From assembly GCA_963719515.1 (NCBI GenBank), contig CAVRCJ010000001.1, forward strand, positions 96,001 through 160,000: a stretch of 64,000 nucleotides of DNA, given 5' to 3'. Shown one piece after another: positions 40,112 through 50,415 of the stretch. The notes beneath the pieces are model-generated. The model was given only the letters and a program-made list of their open reading frames with translations. It was not told the origin of the DNA and made no database searches. Position numbers and translations under genes: made by a program. The DNA is from an uncultured cyanobacterium. GTDB lineage: Bacteria > Cyanobacteriota > Cyanobacteriia > CAKZMO01. Every line of letters starts with the position of its first letter. Within the stretch, counting starts at the first letter, position 1.

Positions 40112-42421
40112 ATGACAGACCTCACACCGCAGCGTTCTGACGTCGTCACAGCAGAGAACGTCAGCCTCACCAACTGCGATCGCGAACAGGTTCACATTCC
40201 GGGTGCAGTTCAACCCCACGGGGTTCTGTTCGTTCTGCAAGAGCCTGACTACACGATTGTTCAGGTCAGCCAAAACAGCGAGCGGCTTTTGGGCCGCAGC
40301 CCCAGCGAACTTCTGGGAACGCCGCTCTCGTTGCTGGTAGGCGATAACGTCATTGACGAGATTCAGCGTTGCCTATTGGGAGATTTTGAGAGCCTAAACC
40401 CCATCAGAGTCAAGCTTGACGCCCCCGGAAAGGGGCTGACCTTTGACGGCATTGTCCACCGCTATCAAGGTGTGACCATGTTTGAGCTGGAGACGATGCC
40501 CGCCATTGAAACCACCAGCTTCTTCGATTTTTATCGTCTGGTGAAAGCGACGCTTACTAAGCTGCAGAGAACCAAAACCCTGCAGGATCTCTGCCAGATT
40601 GTGGTCAAGGACGTCCGCAACATCACCGGATTTGACCGCGTGATGATCTATCGATTCGAGGCTGACGGCACCGGCGTGGTTGAGGCCGAAAGCAAAGGAG
40701 AGGCCGTCGAGGCATTCCTGGGCCTCCGCTACCCCTCCACCGACATCCCGGTGCCGGCGCGGCGCTTATATTTGCTTAACTGGCTGCGGCTGATCCCAGA
40801 CGTCAACTACGAGCCCGTCGGGCTTATGAGCCAAAGGGACGTCGAGACGCAAGAGCCCCTAGACCTGAGCTACTCGGTGTTGCGCAGCGTGTCGCCCCTC
40901 CACGTTGAGTATTTGAAAAATATGGGGGTGCAGGCCTCCATGTCGATTTCCCTGATCAAAGATGGGAAGCTGTGGGGCCTCATTGCCTGCCATCACGACT
41001 CTCCCCGATACGTGACCTATCAGGTGCGCACCTCCTGCGAATTTCTGGGACAGGCCATGTCTTTGGAGCTAGCCGCTAAAGAGGAGAACGAAGACCTGCA
41101 GTACAAAATGGAGATTAAGGAGCTGCAGGCCCAGCTGATCGATCGCCTCGCAGCTCAAGATTCCTTCGCCCACAGTCTGGCCGAGAACTCAACCCTGCTG
41201 CTGGATATAGTGAGCGCCCAGGGGGTCGCTATCTGCACTGACGATGGGATTTCTTTATTGGGTAACACCCCCAGCCACCAGCAGGTTGAGGCGCTGGTTG
41301 AGTGGGTAACGGAGAATACTGAAGACGACCTGATGGTGACCCAACAGCTGTCAGAGCAGTATCCTCCGGCAAAAGATTACAAGACGCCTGCCAGCGGACT
41401 GCTCGCCCTCGCTGTCACTCGCATCACTAAAAACTACATTCTTTGGTTTCGCCCAGAAGTGGTGCAGTCGGTGACCTGGGCCGGCGATCCCAATAAACCG
41501 GCTGAGGTGATGCCCGACGGTAGTCTTCACTTGTCGCCGCGCCAGTCCTTCGAGCACTGGCAAGAGCAGGTCTACGGCACGTCACTGCCGTGGAAATCCT
41601 GCGAAATTGACGGCGTTTACGCGATTAAAAACGCCATTGTAGGCACCGTTCTCCGCCAAGCAGATGCCCTTGCAGAGCTCAACAGTCAGCTCATGACCAG
41701 CAATGACGAGCTAGATGCATTTGCCTACGCGGCCTCCCATGACCTCAAAGAGCCCTTGAGAGGGATTTACAACTACTCCAGCTTTTTGATGGAGGACTTC
41801 TCTGGGCAGCTGAGTGAGGAAGGGGTTGACTACCTTAAGTCAATCTCCAAGCTCACCCAGCGTATGGAGAGCCTCATCGATTCGCTGCTGCACTATTCAC
41901 GGTTGGGGCGGGCAGACTTGGTGACGCAGCCCGTCGATATGTCGGAGCTGATGAAAGAGGTGGTTGATCTATTTCGCATGCAGTTCTCAGCGGACGACCT
42001 CAAACTACAGATTGAGCCGGCGCTGCCGGTTGTACTAGGAGATTCTGTCCAGCTGATGGAAGTATTTACCAACTTGATCAGCAACGCAATTAAGTACAAT
42101 GAAAGTGAGCAAAAGTGCGTGGAAGTTGGTCTGTGCCGCGACTCTAATATTCCAGACGGTGCTTTCGTTGACGCCGGGACGCCGTCCGTGACCTTCTATG
42201 TCAAAGACAATGGCATCGGCATTCCCGAAAAGCATCATGCCAACGTCTTCAGACTTTTTAAGCGCCTGCACTCTCCCAAAAAATACAAGGGCGGCACAGG
42301 CGTGGGGTTGACGCTGGTCAAACGAATTATTGAGCGCCACCAGGGCGCGATCGCGCTCACTTCGGTGAAGGGCGAGGGCAGCACGTTTTACATCACATTC
42401 CCAGTTGAGTACAATAGTTAG
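40112..42421 (+). CDS. Phytochrome histidine kinase (PAS-GAF-PHY-HK), biliverdin/CphB-type
   Basis: LTNCDRE.VHIPG, DIP, LRSVSPLH (no GAF Cys), PRQSF, SHDLKEPLR. Confidence 0.9.
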   Translation: MTDLTPQRSDVVTAENVSLTNCDREQVHIPGAVQPHGVLFVLQEPDYTIVQVSQNSERLLGRSPSELLGTPLSLLVGDNVIDEIQRCLLGDFESLNPIRVKLDAPGKGLTFDGIVHRYQGVTMFELETMPAIETTSFFDFYRLVKATLTKLQRTKTLQDLCQIVVKDVRNITGFDRVMIYRFEADGTGVVEAESKGEAVEAFLGLRYPSTDIPVPARRLYLLNWLRLIPDVNYEPVGLMSQRDVETQEPLDLSYSVLRSVSPLHVEYLKNMGVQASMSISLIKDGKLWGLIACHHDSPRYVTYQVRTSCEFLGQAMSLELAAKEENEDLQYKMEIKELQAQLIDRLAAQDSFAHSLAENSTLLLDIVSAQGVAICTDDGISLLGNTPSHQQVEALVEWVTENTEDDLMVTQQLSEQYPPAKDYKTPASGLLALAVTRITKNYILWFRPEVVQSVTWAGDPNKPAEVMPDGSLHLSPRQSFEHWQEQVYGTSLPWKSCEIDGVYAIKNAIVGTVLRQADALAELNSQLMTSNDELDAFAYAASHDLKEPLRGIYNYSSFLMEDFSGQLSEEGVDYLKSISKLTQRMESLIDSLLHYSRLGRADLVTQPVDMSELMKEVVDLFRMQFSADDLKLQIEPALPVVLGDSVQLMEVFTNLISNAIKYNESEQKCVEVGLCRDSNIPDGAFVDAGTPSVTFYVKDNGIGIPEKHHANVFRLFKRLHSPKKYKGGTGVGLTLVKRIIERHQGAIALTSVKGEGSTFYITFPVEYNS

Positions 42422-42439
42422 AGTTTCAGCCGATTTTAG

Positions 42440-42877
42440 ATGGTGGATGCTTTTTCCGGAAATTCCCGCCTGATTGTGGTGGAGGACAGCGACGCTGACT
42501 TTACCGCCCTGAAGCGATCGCTAGTCAAACTAAAGGTTCGCAACCCCATCCGGCGTTTTGAAAATGCAGACGATACCCTCGACTTTCTTCAATCGCGTTA
42601 CCAGGAGGCTTCACAGGTCGAGCCAACCATTATCCTGCTCGACCTCAACCTTCCGGGAACCGACGGTCGAGATTTCATCGTTCAAGTCAAACAAAACGAC
42701 GCGCTCAAGCGTATTCCTGTGGTGGTCTTCTCGACGTCGTCGAACCCAAGGGATGTCGAGTTCGCATACCTCAACGGCGCTAACGGCTATATGGTAAAGC
42801 CTGTGAGTACCGAGAAGTTCTACGCTAGCATGAGCAGCTTCAAAAGCTACTGGCTAGAGACTAACCACCTTGATTGA
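42440..42877 (+). CDS. Phytochrome-associated single-domain response regulator (Rcp-like)
   Basis: VEDS, LLDLNLPG, KP. Confidence 0.88.
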   Translation: MVDAFSGNSRLIVVEDSDADFTALKRSLVKLKVRNPIRRFENADDTLDFLQSRYQEASQVEPTIILLDLNLPGTDGRDFIVQVKQNDALKRIPVVVFSTSSNPRDVEFAYLNGANGYMVKPVSTEKFYASMSSFKSYWLETNHLD

Positions 42878-43032
42878 CGCTATGGGGTCTTTTCTACAGG
42901 ACTCTTGAAGATTGGTCCGCAGCGCGATCGCTCGTCATATCCTATAAGCATTACGATGCACCCCCGCTCAATCTTGATACCGCTGGCGAATTTCATGTCT
43001 TGTTACATCTCGGCTATTTCCTGCCCCGGAGA

Positions 43033-43152
43033 AGGCCCCCTAAATCCCCCAATTCTGGGGGACTTCAGAGAGGTTAGAACTCCTTAAAGTCAATAGCCGC
43101 GAATAGTATGGCCACTGCTCCGGTTCCCCCAGAATTGGGGGTTAGGGGGCCT
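43033..43152. repeat. Inverted-repeat (REP/MITE-like) element between convergent genes
   Basis: AGGCCCCCTAAATCCCCCAATTCTGGGGGA ... TCCCCCAGAATTGGGGGTTAGGGGGCCT. Confidence 0.7.
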
Positions 43153-43194
43153 CGAAAGCGTGCAGCTCGATTACGAAATATTTCGCCAGCGGTA

Positions 43195-43632
43195 TCAATC
43201 TTTGCGCGGGGGTATTTTTACGATCGTGAACCAAAACTGCTCTAACGCGCGAATAACCTCATTAAATTCATCTAGACCGACGGGTTTACTGACGTAGCAG
43301 TTAGCGCCCAATCGGTAGCTGTCGTCAATATCTTGCTGCGCTTGAGACGTCGTCAGAACGGCAATTGGAATATGGCACAGCTCTTTCTCTGATCGAATTA
43401 CCTGGATGATTTCTTTACCACTCATGCCGGGAAGATTTAGGTCTAAAAAGATTAGGTCTGGCAAAATAGCGTCCTCGAAGGGAGCCCGCTGATGTAAGTA
43501 CGTCAGCGCGTCAGCGCCGCTGCGGACCGCGTTGAGGCGTACATGGAGCTTCGATTCCAGTAAGGCTTCCTGCGTCAGATCAATGTCTGCTGCATCATCT
43601 TCGACCAGAAGTACTTCAAAAGGAGAACTCAT
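43195..43632 (-). CDS. Single-domain response regulator
   Basis: LLVEDD, FLDLNLPG, SKP. Confidence 0.88.
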   Translation of the reverse strand: MSSPFEVLLVEDDAADIDLTQEALLESKLHVRLNAVRSGADALTYLHQRAPFEDAILPDLIFLDLNLPGMSGKEIIQVIRSEKELCHIPIAVLTTSQAQQDIDDSYRLGANCYVSKPVGLDEFNEVIRALEQFWFTIVKIPPRKD

Positions 43633-43739
43633 TGAAAACCTTCTTCGTAGGCGTTTGTGGTCCATAACTTAGCAAAGTCTACCCGCTAAAGCCATCCGTC
43701 TTTACTAGGAAATCCCGAAATTCGCAAGCTCAAATAGGG

Positions 43740-46700
43740 TTAAGAGAGTTCAAGAACTGGAACCTGTTGAGAGCGCGCTTCGGGATCTACGACATGCCGA
43801 GCAGGCACTGCCGGTAGCGTAAAATAAAACGTTGCCCCTTCTCCCAACGTTGATTCAACCCAAATTTGGCCGCCGTGGTGTTCAACAATGCGTTTACACA
43901 CCGCCAGCCCAATCCCCGTTCCCTCGTAGGCTTCCCGCACGTGTAGCCGCTGGAACACCACAAATATTCGCTCGGCGAACTCGGGAGCGATGCCAATGCC
44001 GTTGTCTGAGACTGAAAATTGCCAGAACTCGCCTGCGGGTGCGGCTTCAATGACAATCTTGGGAGAGTCATCAGATCGATATTTGAGACTGTTGCCAATC
44101 AGGTTTTGCAGCAGCTGTCGCAGCTGAATGGCATTGCCCTGAACCAGAGGCAGGGAGGAAGGACTGTCGATCTCAGCCTGGTTTTCCTCAATGTACGTCT
44201 GCAGATCGCTGAGCACCTGATCCAGTAGAGGCCCTAGTGCGACGGGCTTGCTCTTGAGTTCGCCCCGCCCGACCCGCGAGTACTCCAGCAGGTCATTGAT
44301 TAAGTTCATCATCCGCATAGCGCCGTCGGTGATGTAGCCGATATACTTATCGGCCCGCTCGTCGAGCTGCCCCTCGTAGCGTTTGACCAAAAGATCGGAA
44401 TAGCTGCGAATTTTACGCAACGGCTCCCGCAGGTCGTGGGAGGCGACGTAGGCGAAATGCTCTAGCTCCTTATTAGACCGCTTGAGCTCTTCATTGAGCT
44501 TCTCAAGCTGCTCCTCGCTGCACTTTTTCTGCGTGATGTCTATGGTCAGCATGCCCAGCTGAGCGGTAGCACCAGACGCATCAGAAATAGGAAAGTAAAA
44601 GCCTAGCCAATGGCGCACCACCTCAGGCTCCCAAGGGGTGCAAAACGCTAGCTCCTGCTGAATAGCAGCTCCACCCTGAAAAACCTGCTCGTAGATGGGG
44701 ATCGTTTTCTCGGCAAGATGAGGCACCACGTCTGACACCCGCTTACCCAGGTGGTCTGCCGGGGAGAGAGTGTCGATGTCTGCTAGGGCCGGATTGATCT
44801 GCAGGTATCGAAAGTCTTTATCGAGAATAGCGATGCCAATATTGGCGCAAGAAACGGCCTCAAAGAAAGACTGCAAGAGGTTTTGCTGGGCAGCAATCTC
44901 TTCCTGCAGCCGCTTCCTTTCGGTAATTACCTCAGTCAGCATAATTAACCCCCCAATTGCCCCCCCGTCGGTGTACCAAGGATGCAGCTCCCAGCGCAGC
45001 CACTCTGTCTCTCCGTTTTCACGTACGAACGAGTCTTCTTCGCAGGTCAAAACCTCTCCTGCCAGACAGCGCTGATGATTCGTTCTCCAGCGGTCAGGGG
45101 TGTCTGGAAAGAACTCATAGTGACTGCGCCCAATCAGATCGCGATCGCTCAGGTTGTAGTCGCTGAGCCAGCGGTGACTGTAAACCTGATAGCAGAGGTC
45201 GCGGTCCAGCATGGCCACGGCAGCAGGCGTGTACTTAACGAATAGACGCAGCTGATTTTCACTCTCCCGCAGCGCAGCCTCAGCGTGGCGGCGCTGCTCT
45301 ACTTCCGCTTCGAGCTGTTGGTTGGTCTCAACCAGCAGGGCAGTGCGCTGCTGGATACGCACCTCCAAGTCTTGGTTAACTTGCTCTAAACTACGCTGCG
45401 CCTCGGCTAGACCTTTCTCGGCTTTGCAGCGCTCTAAGAGCTCGCCTTGAAGCTGCTCTAGCAGACACATTTGCTGAATCGAAATTCCGAGCTGGACGGC
45501 GATCTCCAACAATATGTCAATATCTTCTGGCGCGGGTTTGGCCGTGGGGGAATAGCTAGCCACCAGCGTCCCCCAAGAGGAGCAGCATTGACAGTCGATA
45601 TCGGTGTCAGAGGATAGGCGAATGGGCACCGATAGTTTGGCTCCTATGCTGCCGGTAGCGGAGATCAAGACTGGCTTCTTGCCTCCAATTATCGAATTGT
45701 CATCTGGGTCGGGGCTACTGTCCGTTGCCAGCGGGCTGACAACGCCCGAGAGGAGCGTCTGGCTATCGGTATCTACGCGGTAGACGCGCACTCCCTCGCA
45801 GTTCAGCACCTGCTGAATATCTTCAACCGCCGTCTTTAAAGTGTCTTGAAGCTCAGCAGATTGATGAATTCTTAGAGCTGAATCAGTAATCAGCTGACGG
45901 CGACGCTGGCTGCGGTCTAGCTCTAGCTTGAGCCGCTGCTGCGTGAGCGCCCGATGCATTGTATTGACCAGCTTGGCCCGATTCACCTTGCCTTTGACCA
46001 AATATTCCGCTGCTCCAGCCTTGATTGCCCCTACCGCCACTTCCTCATCACCTTGCCCCGTCATCATAATGATGGCCGGGAAAACCCCAGGATGCTGCTG
46101 ACGCAGCGCCTCCAGCGTATCTAGTCCCTGCGAATCCGGCAGGCAGTAGTCTAGCAAGATGATGTCTGGCAAATGCTCTTTTGCTAAAGCTAGACCTTCC
46201 GCGCTGTCCTCAGCCTCAATGAACCGGTAGTCGTAGGCTTCATCTCCTTTGAGGTATCGCTGGTAGGAGAGGCGATCGCTCTCAAAATCATCAACAATTA
46301 GTACCTTGACGTCGCGGCTCATAGCGCTGGCGCTAATTCTCTCTAATATTGTGTCGATTTCTGCTCTAGATTCGGCTAGGGCCGTCTCAACGCGCTCGCG
46401 TGCCTCAATCTCCTGCTGCAGCTGCTGGTTGGCCGCCTCAATGTCGTCTAGGTCGGGCCGCTTCAGCATCTCTCGAATCGTCGGCACCAGCGTCACTGCA
46501 GCGCAGATAGACGCCAGCGCCATGATGGCTTTAATAGTCCCGGAGGTCCAATAGTCTGGATGCCACAGCGTCCAAATTTCCATGAGGTGCGCCGTTCCAC
46601 CGGCTAGGACAAAGGCTCCGAACAGCGCGAACATCTTGTTAAACGGCAAGTCGTCCCGCCGCCGTACGAAAAAAAGCAGCGATATAGGGATGGAATAGTA

Positions 46701-46823
46701 GGCGATCGCCGTCAAGGCATCAGCCAAAACGTGGAGCACTACCAAATCCGTTTGCCAGGGGTAGCAATGCCCATAGGGCATCATATGGAGCGCAGTGAGG
46801 GTAGCTAGACTAAGCGTGAACAT
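43740..46823 (-). CDS. Sensor histidine kinase: ethylene-receptor-like TM domain, REC, GAF-like, 2xPAS, HK
   Basis: DALTAIAYYSIP / FVLAGGTAH TM motif; LIVDD..LLDY; SHDLREPLR; GTGIGL. Confidence 0.85.
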   Translation of the reverse strand: MFTLSLATLTALHMMPYGHCYPWQTDLVVLHVLADALTAIAYYSIPISLLFFVRRRDDLPFNKMFALFGAFVLAGGTAHLMEIWTLWHPDYWTSGTIKAIMALASICAAVTLVPTIREMLKRPDLDDIEAANQQLQQEIEARERVETALAESRAEIDTILERISASAMSRDVKVLIVDDFESDRLSYQRYLKGDEAYDYRFIEAEDSAEGLALAKEHLPDIILLDYCLPDSQGLDTLEALRQQHPGVFPAIIMMTGQGDEEVAVGAIKAGAAEYLVKGKVNRAKLVNTMHRALTQQRLKLELDRSQRRRQLITDSALRIHQSAELQDTLKTAVEDIQQVLNCEGVRVYRVDTDSQTLLSGVVSPLATDSSPDPDDNSIIGGKKPVLISATGSIGAKLSVPIRLSSDTDIDCQCCSSWGTLVASYSPTAKPAPEDIDILLEIAVQLGISIQQMCLLEQLQGELLERCKAEKGLAEAQRSLEQVNQDLEVRIQQRTALLVETNQQLEAEVEQRRHAEAALRESENQLRLFVKYTPAAVAMLDRDLCYQVYSHRWLSDYNLSDRDLIGRSHYEFFPDTPDRWRTNHQRCLAGEVLTCEEDSFVRENGETEWLRWELHPWYTDGGAIGGLIMLTEVITERKRLQEEIAAQQNLLQSFFEAVSCANIGIAILDKDFRYLQINPALADIDTLSPADHLGKRVSDVVPHLAEKTIPIYEQVFQGGAAIQQELAFCTPWEPEVVRHWLGFYFPISDASGATAQLGMLTIDITQKKCSEEQLEKLNEELKRSNKELEHFAYVASHDLREPLRKIRSYSDLLVKRYEGQLDERADKYIGYITDGAMRMMNLINDLLEYSRVGRGELKSKPVALGPLLDQVLSDLQTYIEENQAEIDSPSSLPLVQGNAIQLRQLLQNLIGNSLKYRSDDSPKIVIEAAPAGEFWQFSVSDNGIGIAPEFAERIFVVFQRLHVREAYEGTGIGLAVCKRIVEHHGGQIWVESTLGEGATFYFTLPAVPARHVVDPEARSQQVPVLELS

Positions 46824-46880
46824 GGCGAGTGATTCTAAAGGGTGAGGTCGGACGGCAGCAAAGCGCGGCGGAGGGGGTTG

Positions 46881-49431
46881 CTAAGCGACAGCATTCATCG
46901 TCGTCGCTTCAAACCCGACGATTGGCTTTTCCGCCAGCAGCGCCGGCATGGCGATCGCATAGCCCTGCATGTAGTCCACGCCCAGGGTTTTCACCTTCTC
47001 TAGCAGCTGCGCATCGCTGACAAACTCGGCTATTGTGCGCAGCCCCATCAGATGGGCCACATTGTTGACGGCCTCTACCATGGCGCAGGCTACCTGGTCG
47101 CTCGCAATATCGCGAATAAAGCTGCCGTCGATTTTGAGATAGTCTACGGGTAGAGTTCTGAGGTAAGACAAGGACGACATCCCGGTCCCGAAGTCGTCGA
47201 GGGCAAACTGACAGCCGACCTGCTTGAGTTGCTCAATGAAGCTGACAGCTCGCTTCATATTAGAGATAGCAGCGGTCTCAGTGATTTCAAAGCAGATGAT
47301 TTGGGGAGGAATGCCGTAGTGGTCTAGCTGCGCCTGAATAAACCCCAAAAAGCGCTCGTCATTGATGCTATCGCCAGAGAGGTTGATGGAGTACACCGAG
47401 TTCAATAGGGCAGCCTGCTCGTCGAGGGAAGTCCCATACCGCGGCCAGGGAAGGCGATCGCTCAAATATTCAAAACAGTGGCGAATTACCCAGCGATCGA
47501 TCTCGGGCATCAGGCTATAGCGCTCTGCCGCCGGAATGAAAGCGGCAGGTGAGATTAAGTTGTTGTGCTCATCGACCAGCCGGAGAAGCACCTCGCAGTG
47601 GTGAGCCCCTCCCGAGCTGTCGTCAGACTCAGCAATCGGCTGATAAAATAGCTGAAACTGATCCCCTTCGAGGGCTTCAGAGAGTCGTGTAAACCACTGG
47701 GTTTCGCTTGAGTATCGAGAGAGCCCCTGATCTTCGTGCTGGTAGACATGGACGCGGTTGCGGCCTCGGCGCTTGGCGGCGTAGCAGGCGGCGTCGGCAG
47801 CATTCATGCACTCGTCTTTGGTGTGAATGGTCTCGTCGATTAGGCTGAGGCCAATACTGCTGCCGATTTTGAAGACGCGGCCCTGCTGCGAGAAGCGAAA
47901 CTGACTGAACAGATTGCAGATGGTATTCGTGATTCGCAGCGCCTGGTCAAGCGGACATTCGTAGAGCAAAATGGCGAATTCATCGCCACCCAAGCGAGCG
48001 ACGACGTCAGTTTTGCGAACTCGCTCTTGCAGTATCTCTGCCACCTGCCGCAGCAGCTCATCTCCAGAGGCGTGGCCGCAGGTGTCGTTAACCACCTTGA
48101 AGTGGTCTAAATCGACGCAGCAGAGGACGTGGGAGCGAGACCCTTCCCGCACAGATTGGATTGCTTCCTCTACTTTGTGGCAAAAGGCTCTGCGATTGAG
48201 CAGGCCCGTTAGGGCGTCGTGGTTGGCCTGCCAGGAGAGCTGGTTGGCTCGCCCTCGGGCTTCGGTGACGTCGTGAAAAACAATAACGCTGCCGACGATG
48301 TCCCCTGTGTTGGAGTGAATCGGGGCTGTGGAATCGTCGATGGCAATCGACTGCTGGTTTCTGGAGAGCAGCACGGGATGGTTGCTTAGGCTAACGACCC
48401 GGTTTTCTTTGAATAGAGACCTCAACGGGATTGGGCAACGGCTCGAAGGTCTCTTCATCCACCACCTTGAAGACCTGCTGAACAGACTGCCCCTTGGCGT
48501 GGTCTAAGGTCCATCCCGTGAGCTTTTCCGCTGCCGGATTTAGGGATTCAACAATGCCGTGTTTGTCGGTGGTGATCACCGCGTCCCCAATGGACTGCAG
48601 GGTGATCATCGCCAGCTCTTTTTCTTCGTACAGCTTCTGCTCTAGATATTTTCGCTGCGTGATATCAGATAAAGACCCCGCGATGCGGTAGGCTTGCCCG
48701 ACGCTGTCCCAAAGCGCCATGCCGCGACACAGCCCCCAAACATAGTCGCCGCTTTTATGGCGAATTTGATGCTCAACCTGCCAGTGGGCGTCTTGCCGAT
48801 TGAGGTGGCGCGTCATGGATTCCATCACCTTCTGCAGGTGGGCGGGATGGACACGGTGTAGCCACTCGTCCGGGTGGTCTCCAATTTCGTGCTCTTGGTA
48901 GCCCAGCATGAGCTTCCAGCGAGGTGAGAAATAGATGGTCTTACGGTTCAAGTCCCAATCCCAAAGGCCATCGTTGGCCCCCTGGACTGCGATCGCATAC
49001 CGCTCTTCGCTGATCAGTAGCTGATTGAGCAGTTGCTTTCGCTCTATCGCATAGTGAATAGTTCGGTTGAGGATATCTTCGTTAATGTTGCCTTTAATGA
49101 GATAGTCTTGCGCCCCCGTTCGCAGCGCTTCGATGGCCACATCTTTGTCGTCGAGCCCTGTCAGCACCACAATTGGAATTTCAGGACTGGCTTGAACGAC
49201 CCGTTTGATGGTGGTCATTCCGGTGGCGTCGGGTAGCGAGAGATCAAGCAAAACCACGTCGAAGCAGTTTTTTACCTGGCGATAGCTAAGATAGTTAAGA
49301 CCCTCCTCCAAAGTCCGCACATGCACTAGCCCGCAGTAAACGGCACCGGCTAGCTCAAGATACTCTCGAAGGAGATCGGCATCGCCCTCGTCGTCTTCAA
49401 TTAACAACACCTGTAGGTATCGCTCTAGCAT
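46881..49431 (-). CDS. REC-PAS-PAS-GGDEF-EAL protein; +1 frameshift near 48410
   Basis: LIEDD, DGLWDWD, HDALTGL, GGDEF, EVLLR, DDFGTG. Confidence 0.88.
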
Positions 49432-49610
49432 ATAGACTCTTGACCTCTACGCACACCAAGCTCTGTCTGTGACCTCACGTTCGAGCTTGAGCTTGACTCA
49501 TCACAGTTAGAGTGCCCTTGTGTCTATTTGTATCGCTAGCGGATATTACTGAAGCTGATATCCAGTAAGGAGCTATACGCGCTAGCCGCTAAGGTCTGTG
49601 GCGATCGCCC

Positions 49611-50135
49611 TCAGTCAGCGGTCTCTACGCTTTCCTCTATCTCGATGCCGTCTTCACTCTCGACGCTTTCCTCTACCTCTAGGCTTTCCTCACCCCCAGC
49701 CAGCGGCAACACCTCCTGCACCACCAGCCGATACCGCCCCCGATGCTCTGGATCTTGCGCATTGGCAACCACTGAATACGTCCCGTCCTCTGGCAGCGTC
49801 ACTAAAATGCCGGCGCTTAGCGTCGTGTCATCAAAGTCGTCGTTCGTGGCTAGCTGCTCGTCCTGTGGACCAAACAGCCATACATATGAGTCAAGCTCCG
49901 CGCTCTCCATGACGATGCTCACGGCCTGTCCTGCTTGCCCCTCAAATGAATAAATATCGTAGAGACTGCCGTCTTGCTCAAGCACCTCGTCTCCCGCCTC
50001 CAGCACTCCCTCTACCTGTAAAAGAGGTTCTGATGGAGATGGGGCTGTGCTTTGGGCAGCGGCGTGGCTGGCCAATGCTGTGCCTTCTAGCATCAGCAGC
50101 GCTGCCAGACCAAACCATTTAAAGGAAAAGCGCAT
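49611..50135 (-). CDS. Secreted PPC-domain protein
   Basis: Signal peptide; DIYSFEGQAGQ...NDD...DGTYSVVA. Confidence 0.75.
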   Translation of the reverse strand: MRFSFKWFGLAALLMLEGTALASHAAAQSTAPSPSEPLLQVEGVLEAGDEVLEQDGSLYDIYSFEGQAGQAVSIVMESAELDSYVWLFGPQDEQLATNDDFDDTTLSAGILVTLPEDGTYSVVANAQDPEHRGRYRLVVQEVLPLAGGEESLEVEESVESEDGIEIEESVETAD

Positions 50136-50415
50136 GAGAAATTCTCCAAAGGAACAAGCGAGAAACCTTTAGCAGTGTATCTTGCCTAGTCTAAAGCCCT
50201 GTGCAGCAAAGGTCAGCGCCTAGATTGGCTGGACCCATTCCTGTAGCCCTCTGAGACGGATCGAAGTAGCAGTCGGTTGAAGACAAAAGCCTTGAGGTGG
50301 CGGATAAAGCGAAGTGCCCCATACGTGAGCGCCGTATGAAAGTTTTATCAATTGGCTTGAGATATACCCGAGGTTGGATGCAAGCTGTATCTACCACCAC
50401 CACATCAAACAGCCT

